Part shown: piece by piece, positions 60,050 to 64,000 of the stretch
How positions within the stretch are numbered: the first letter of the stretch is position 1
Layout: each line of letters begins with the position of its first letter
Assembly: GCF_963921235.1 (NCBI RefSeq)
Contig: NC_086097.1
Coordinates: 246,142,001-246,206,000, forward strand
Direction of reading: 5' to 3'
Length of the DNA: 64,000 bases
DNA from: Mobula hypostoma
Taxonomy: Eukaryota
The notes under the pieces: generated by a model
What the model saw: the letters and a program-made list of their open reading frames with translations, nothing else
Database searches by the model: none
Told to the model about the DNA's origin: nothing
Program-made: the position numbers and the translations under genes

Positions 60050-60579
60050 CCTTCTGTACCTAATTACGAGCCCACTGAGTATATATCCGTGTTCTCTTGT
60101 AGCCGTAGCCCATCCACTTCAAACTGCGACATTCAGAGATGTTCTCCTGCACACCACTGTCGTAACAAGTGGCTGTTCGGTTTACTGCTGGTGACCTATC
60201 TGCTAAAGCCAGCCTGGCCATTGTCCTCTGACCTCTCTCATTAACAAGGCGCTTTCGCCCATAGAACTGCCACTTGCTAGGTTTTTTTTGGACCATTCTC
60301 TGTAAAGTAGTTTCTCTTTGGGAAAATCCCTGGAGATAATCAGTTTCTGAGATACTCAAACCACTCCATCAGACACCAACAATCATTCCATGGTCAAAGT
60401 CAGTCAGATCGCATTTCTCACATTTCCTCCCCATTCTGATATTTGTGATGAACAATGACTGAGCCTCTTGGCCATGTCTGCATGCTTTCATGCATTGAGT
60501 TGCTGCCACATGATTGTGATTAGATATTTTCATGAACAAGCAGGTGTACTGGTGTATCTAATGAGGTGGCAGCTGAGTG
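60050..60579 (-). mobile_element. Tc1 non-autonomous element, degenerate
   Basis: GRKRLVNERGQRTMARLALADRS; degenerate right TIR ending GCAGCTGAGTG. Confidence 0.87.
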
Positions 60580-60802
60580 CTTAACCCTGTGAAGTAAATG
60601 CTGGTCAAACCCAAGAAAGCAGCACCAGATAATTTCCTCTCATTGTTTTCCATGGCCTCTTTCTTCGAACTGGACACAGTTTGTGCACGTGGCACAGCAT
60701 AGCTTTGCTATGACTAGCTGGGCACTGCTCATTCCAATCCAACATGTAAATTGCTTTCTCCTGTAGATTGAGAAGGATATCTTTAATATAGAGAGAATTT
60801 TC

Positions 60803-60882
60803 CAGGCTTTCCAACCTGGGGTCCACAGACCCCTTACTTAATGGTATTGGTTCCTGGCATTAAAAAAAGTTGGGAACCCCTG
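60803..60882. mobile_element. Tiny hAT/Charlie-like MITE
   Basis: CAGGCTTTCCAACCT...AAGTTGGGAACCCCTG, followed by Charlie-like target CTCTAGAG; upstream TSD not preserved. Confidence 0.6.
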
Positions 60883-60889
60883 CTCTAGA

Positions 60890-61460
60890 GAGACAACATT
60901 CAGGTTCCTGTACATCATTATTTTGCAGGACCTTATGTGGGAGAACCATATCTCCTTCATTAACAAAAAGGCTCAGCGGAGGATGTACTTGTGGCAGTCA
61001 GTAAAATTCCAACTTCCCCAGAGGCTCCTGGTGCAATTCTACACTGACATCACAGACAGCATCCTCACATTAGCCATTACCTCCTGGTTTGGGACAGTGC
61101 CCTCTCACAATACACAAAAACTACAGTGACTGTCAGGTCAGAAGATGCCATTGGCTGCAGTCTACCATCAATGCAGGACTCATATATGTCCGGGACAAAG
61201 ATTCAGGCAGGAAAATCATTGTGGACACTTTCCATGCTACAAATTGTCTTTTTCCACAGCTCCCTTCTGGAAAGTGCTATAAGGCTATTAAAACAAAAAC
61301 TTCACACCATCTTAAAAGATTCTTTCTATAGGCAGTTAATCTGGTCAACCATTCTAGTTAACCCTTCTCCCACCCCCTCCATCTATTACTGCTTTCGCTG
61401 TACTACTCTATGAACATGTTAAACCACGTTTTATAATACTCTTTACATTGTTAATACCAT
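60890..61460 (+). mobile_element. Old Rex1-type fragment
   Basis: KKAQRRMYL...LVQFYTDITDSILTLAITSWFG; LPSGKCYKAIKTKT. Confidence 0.8.
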
Positions 61461-61465
61461 TAATC

Positions 61466-61725
61466 CATAAGACATAGGAGCACAATTAGGCCATTTGGCC
61501 TATCGAGTCTGCTCCGCCATTCAATCATGGCTGATTTATTATCCCTGTCATTCCCATTCTCCTGCCTTCTCCCCATAACCTTTGACGCCCTGACTAATCA
61601 AGAACATATCAACCTCTGCTTTAAATATACCCAGTGACTTCACCTCCACAGCCGCCTATGGCAATGATCTCCACAGATTCATCACCTTTTGGCTAAAGAC
61701 ATTTTTCCTCATCCCAGTTCTACAT
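61466..61725 (-). mobile_element. CR1 3' end
   Basis: Homologous to 1424-1690. Confidence 0.88.
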
Positions 61726-61955
61726 GTTGGTATTTATACAGATTTTATTTCATATCCATACTTTAACCTCTAACACGATTTATAATAAAATTCTTTTTTT
61801 TGGTGTTGGATGTTGCACAAACACACCGCAGTAAATTCCTAATTCATGTAAATACTTTCCCTGAAGTTCTTATTGCTGGGGTTGGTGGTGGGGATAAGCT
61901 CCCACTACCTATTAAATGCTCTCAAAGGCGTGCACCTCAAACAGCCTCTGACAAC

Positions 61956-62164
61956 AACACGGTGAAGGAACTCAGCAGGTCAGGCAGCATCCGTGGAAAA
62001 GATCGGTCAACGTTTCGGACCGGAACCCTTCGTCAGGACTGTTGAAGGGTTCCGGCCTGAAACGTCGACCGATCTTTTCCACGGATGCTGCCCGACCTGC
62101 TGAGTTCCTCCAGCGTGTTGTGAGTGTTGCTTTGACCCCAGCATCTGCAGATTATTTTGTGTTT
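61956..62164. mobile_element. PLE-derived fold-back mini-element, 209 bp, 13-bp TSD
   Basis: Arms 61956-62031 and 62044-62119; AGCCTCTGACAAC at 61943-61955 and 62165-62177. Confidence 0.92.
62004..62041 (-). ncRNA. Minimal hammerhead motif in the left arm of the palindrome
   Basis: CAGTC-CTGACGA-A-GGG ttccgg TCC-GAAA-CG-TT-GACCG. Confidence 0.7.
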
Positions 62165-62959
62165 AGCCTCTGACAACTAAGTCCAGCGGAACCATTTCTA
62201 CTGACAGGAGAAGGGGCAAAGGTGGGTTACTGGCGCCTTAAAACCAGTCGCTTTGGGCAGATGAGGCTCATCAGCACTGGTTGGCAGCTCATCTCGGAGA
62301 AGGAAAACTCTGATCTCAAGCCTCCGCTGCCTTGCAGCTATTCCCATTCATGGGGAAGTCTTTGGGAGTAAACCCCGACGGAAAACTCCAGAGCTGGAGT
62401 TCCTAAAGCTGTCTTACATTGAGTTCAACACTGACTGGCAACTCCTGTGATGCCAACTGTATTGGCCTCTGCCGTTCCTTTTGGTTCATCGGATGTATGG
62501 AGAGGGGGAGCTTGCTACATGGGCAACAGCTTGCTCTCCATATCGTACTGCCCAGACTTGCATATCTAGACAGCTAGGACACAATATCCATGTTTGACCC
62601 TGACTGACGGAAGCCGCTCCCCCTTTCTCTCTCTCACACACACATATATATATAGTGAATAAAGTTGATCCTTGATCCTTGAATCTTATTAATCCTAATT
62701 TATACAGTGGTAACACCACAGATTTGAGAGCCGTTTGTATTGGATGCATATTGAGCACATGTTTCAGGTATTCAATACCTGAATACTCTGTGCAGTATAA
62801 TATAGGCATCTCCCAAGTTAGGGTCGTTTGCCGAACAAAAAAAGTTGCCCGTATAAAGTTTACAGCACGCTGCCCAAAAACCTGAGATGTAGACTAGAAT
62901 TTGCTCTCACTGAATTTATCTGAAACGAGTAAATAAATAAACATAGAAGTGTTATAATC

Positions 62960-63450
62960 ACAAGAGGTTGCAGAGGGTTGTAGATTCAGCTGGCTCCATC
63001 AAGGGCACAAGCCTCCCCCCCACCATCAAGGACATCCTGAAGAGGTGATGCCTCAGAAAGGTGGTGTCCATCATTAAGGACCCTCACCATCCAGGACACG
63101 CCCTCTTCGCATCGCTACCAGCAGGGAAGAGGAACAGGAGCCTTAAGTGCACACTCAACATTTTAGGAACAGCTTCTTCCCCTCCATCACCAGATTTCTG
63201 AGCAATCCGTGAACCCATGATTACTATCCCACGCATTCCTATGAGTTCTAGTGAAGGGTCTCTGCCTGACACGTCGACTGTTATTCCTCTCCATAGATAC
63301 TGCCCGACCTGCTGAGTTCCTCCAGTGTGAGAACGACCTCATTATTCACCTTTCGCACATTTATTTATTGTTTTAACTTATCGTAACTGTGTGCTGTCAC
63401 AAAGCAAGCAACAAATTTCATATATATAAGCCATTGATTCTAGTTATTCT
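62960..63450 (+). mobile_element. Rex1-type 3' fragment with a degenerate PLE terminal insert (about 63243-63330)
   Basis: ATTAAGGACCCTCACCATCCAGGACACGCC; GTGAAGGGTCTCTGCCTGACACGTCGACTG. Confidence 0.8.
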
Positions 63451-64000
63451 GAGACTGTTGAAACTGGTTCTAGTTTCCTCAGCCAACGGAAATATCTTCC
63501 CTTCCCTGATTTTTGGGTAGCATGCTGTAAATTCTGCAAGGCTAGTTTTTTTTTGTTTCGCAAATGACCCACACTTTATATCTTACATCCTCTCATACTT
63601 CAGAGCGATCTTAAAATTTTTTTTTACCTTAATCATACAGACTAAGTTGTTCACCATGCTATCCAATATTAACCAGTCCACTATTAATCTAATTGTAGGC
63701 ACAATCAAAATTCTTTGTTTAAACTTCACATGCCAGGTACATTTTATTGTAACTTGCTGCAGAGCTGGGCGTGCAGTTCTCCAGTCTGCAGTTCCCACAG
63801 AAATCCTGTGGCTGTCCCTTACACATGTCCCTCAGAGCTCCTGGGCATATATCTCACCTGCACTTCTCCCTCACCCCCCACCAAGCTCCATTGTTTTTCT
63901 TTCCCATTGTTTCCAAAATGTCCGTGATTATCTCTCTCTCCAACATTCTCCCTAAAACTCCCAGGTCTCTTGCTCCCATATTCCCTCTAAAATTCCTGGG

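Larger units (their letters stand above)
61865..62616 (+). mobile_element. RTE-related non-autonomous retroposon split by a PLE palindrome
   Basis: GGAGAAGGAAAACTCTGA motif at 62296; homologous to 2651-4020. Confidence 0.68.

Noticed and set aside
9721..63330. Recurrent GCTGGAGGAACTCAGCAGG motif as a CRISPR-like repeat
   Set aside because: Dispersed on both strands with no regular spacers; it is the PLE terminus
1..64000. Long ORFs as host genes (e.g. 24896-25579, 26989-27855, 38190-38870, 45955-46629)
   Set aside because: All are truncated CR1 or Rex1 ORF2 pieces with arbitrary starts; the antisense ORFs are shadows of these

Overview
Eukaryotic, transposon-saturated, apparently intronic or intergenic DNA. 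The repeat repertoire (CR1 LINEs with HER1/HE1-type tails, V-domain tRNA SINEs, Rex1/Babar-type LINEs) points to a cartilaginous fish, probably a ray; this is an inference. No host protein-coding gene, intact tRNA/rRNA gene or CRISPR array could be supported. Nearly every ORF in the track is a fragment or antisense shadow of a retroelement. Contents: about 30 CR1 fragments, about 15 Rex1-type fragments, one fish-type L1 3' end, RTE-related non-autonomous elements, tRNA SINEs, Tc1 and hAT MITEs, and candidate solo LTRs. There are also more than 20 pieces of Penelope-like elements (PLEs). Signal 1: PLE termini carry minimal type I hammerhead ribozymes (CUGANGA...GAAA-CG-UH), in two families, several with an intact core. 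They also occur as 125-210 bp mini-insertions, some fold-back, with 10-14 bp target-site duplications. Two independent PLE insertions sit at adjacent sites of the same RTE-related host family. Signal 2: a 555-bp TG...CA element with 134-bp terminal inverted repeats and a 5-bp TSD that looks like an LTR plus an inverted copy of its own 5' end. Family names come from motif recognition, not database searches. Boundaries of old repeats are approximate (about 10-30 bp).
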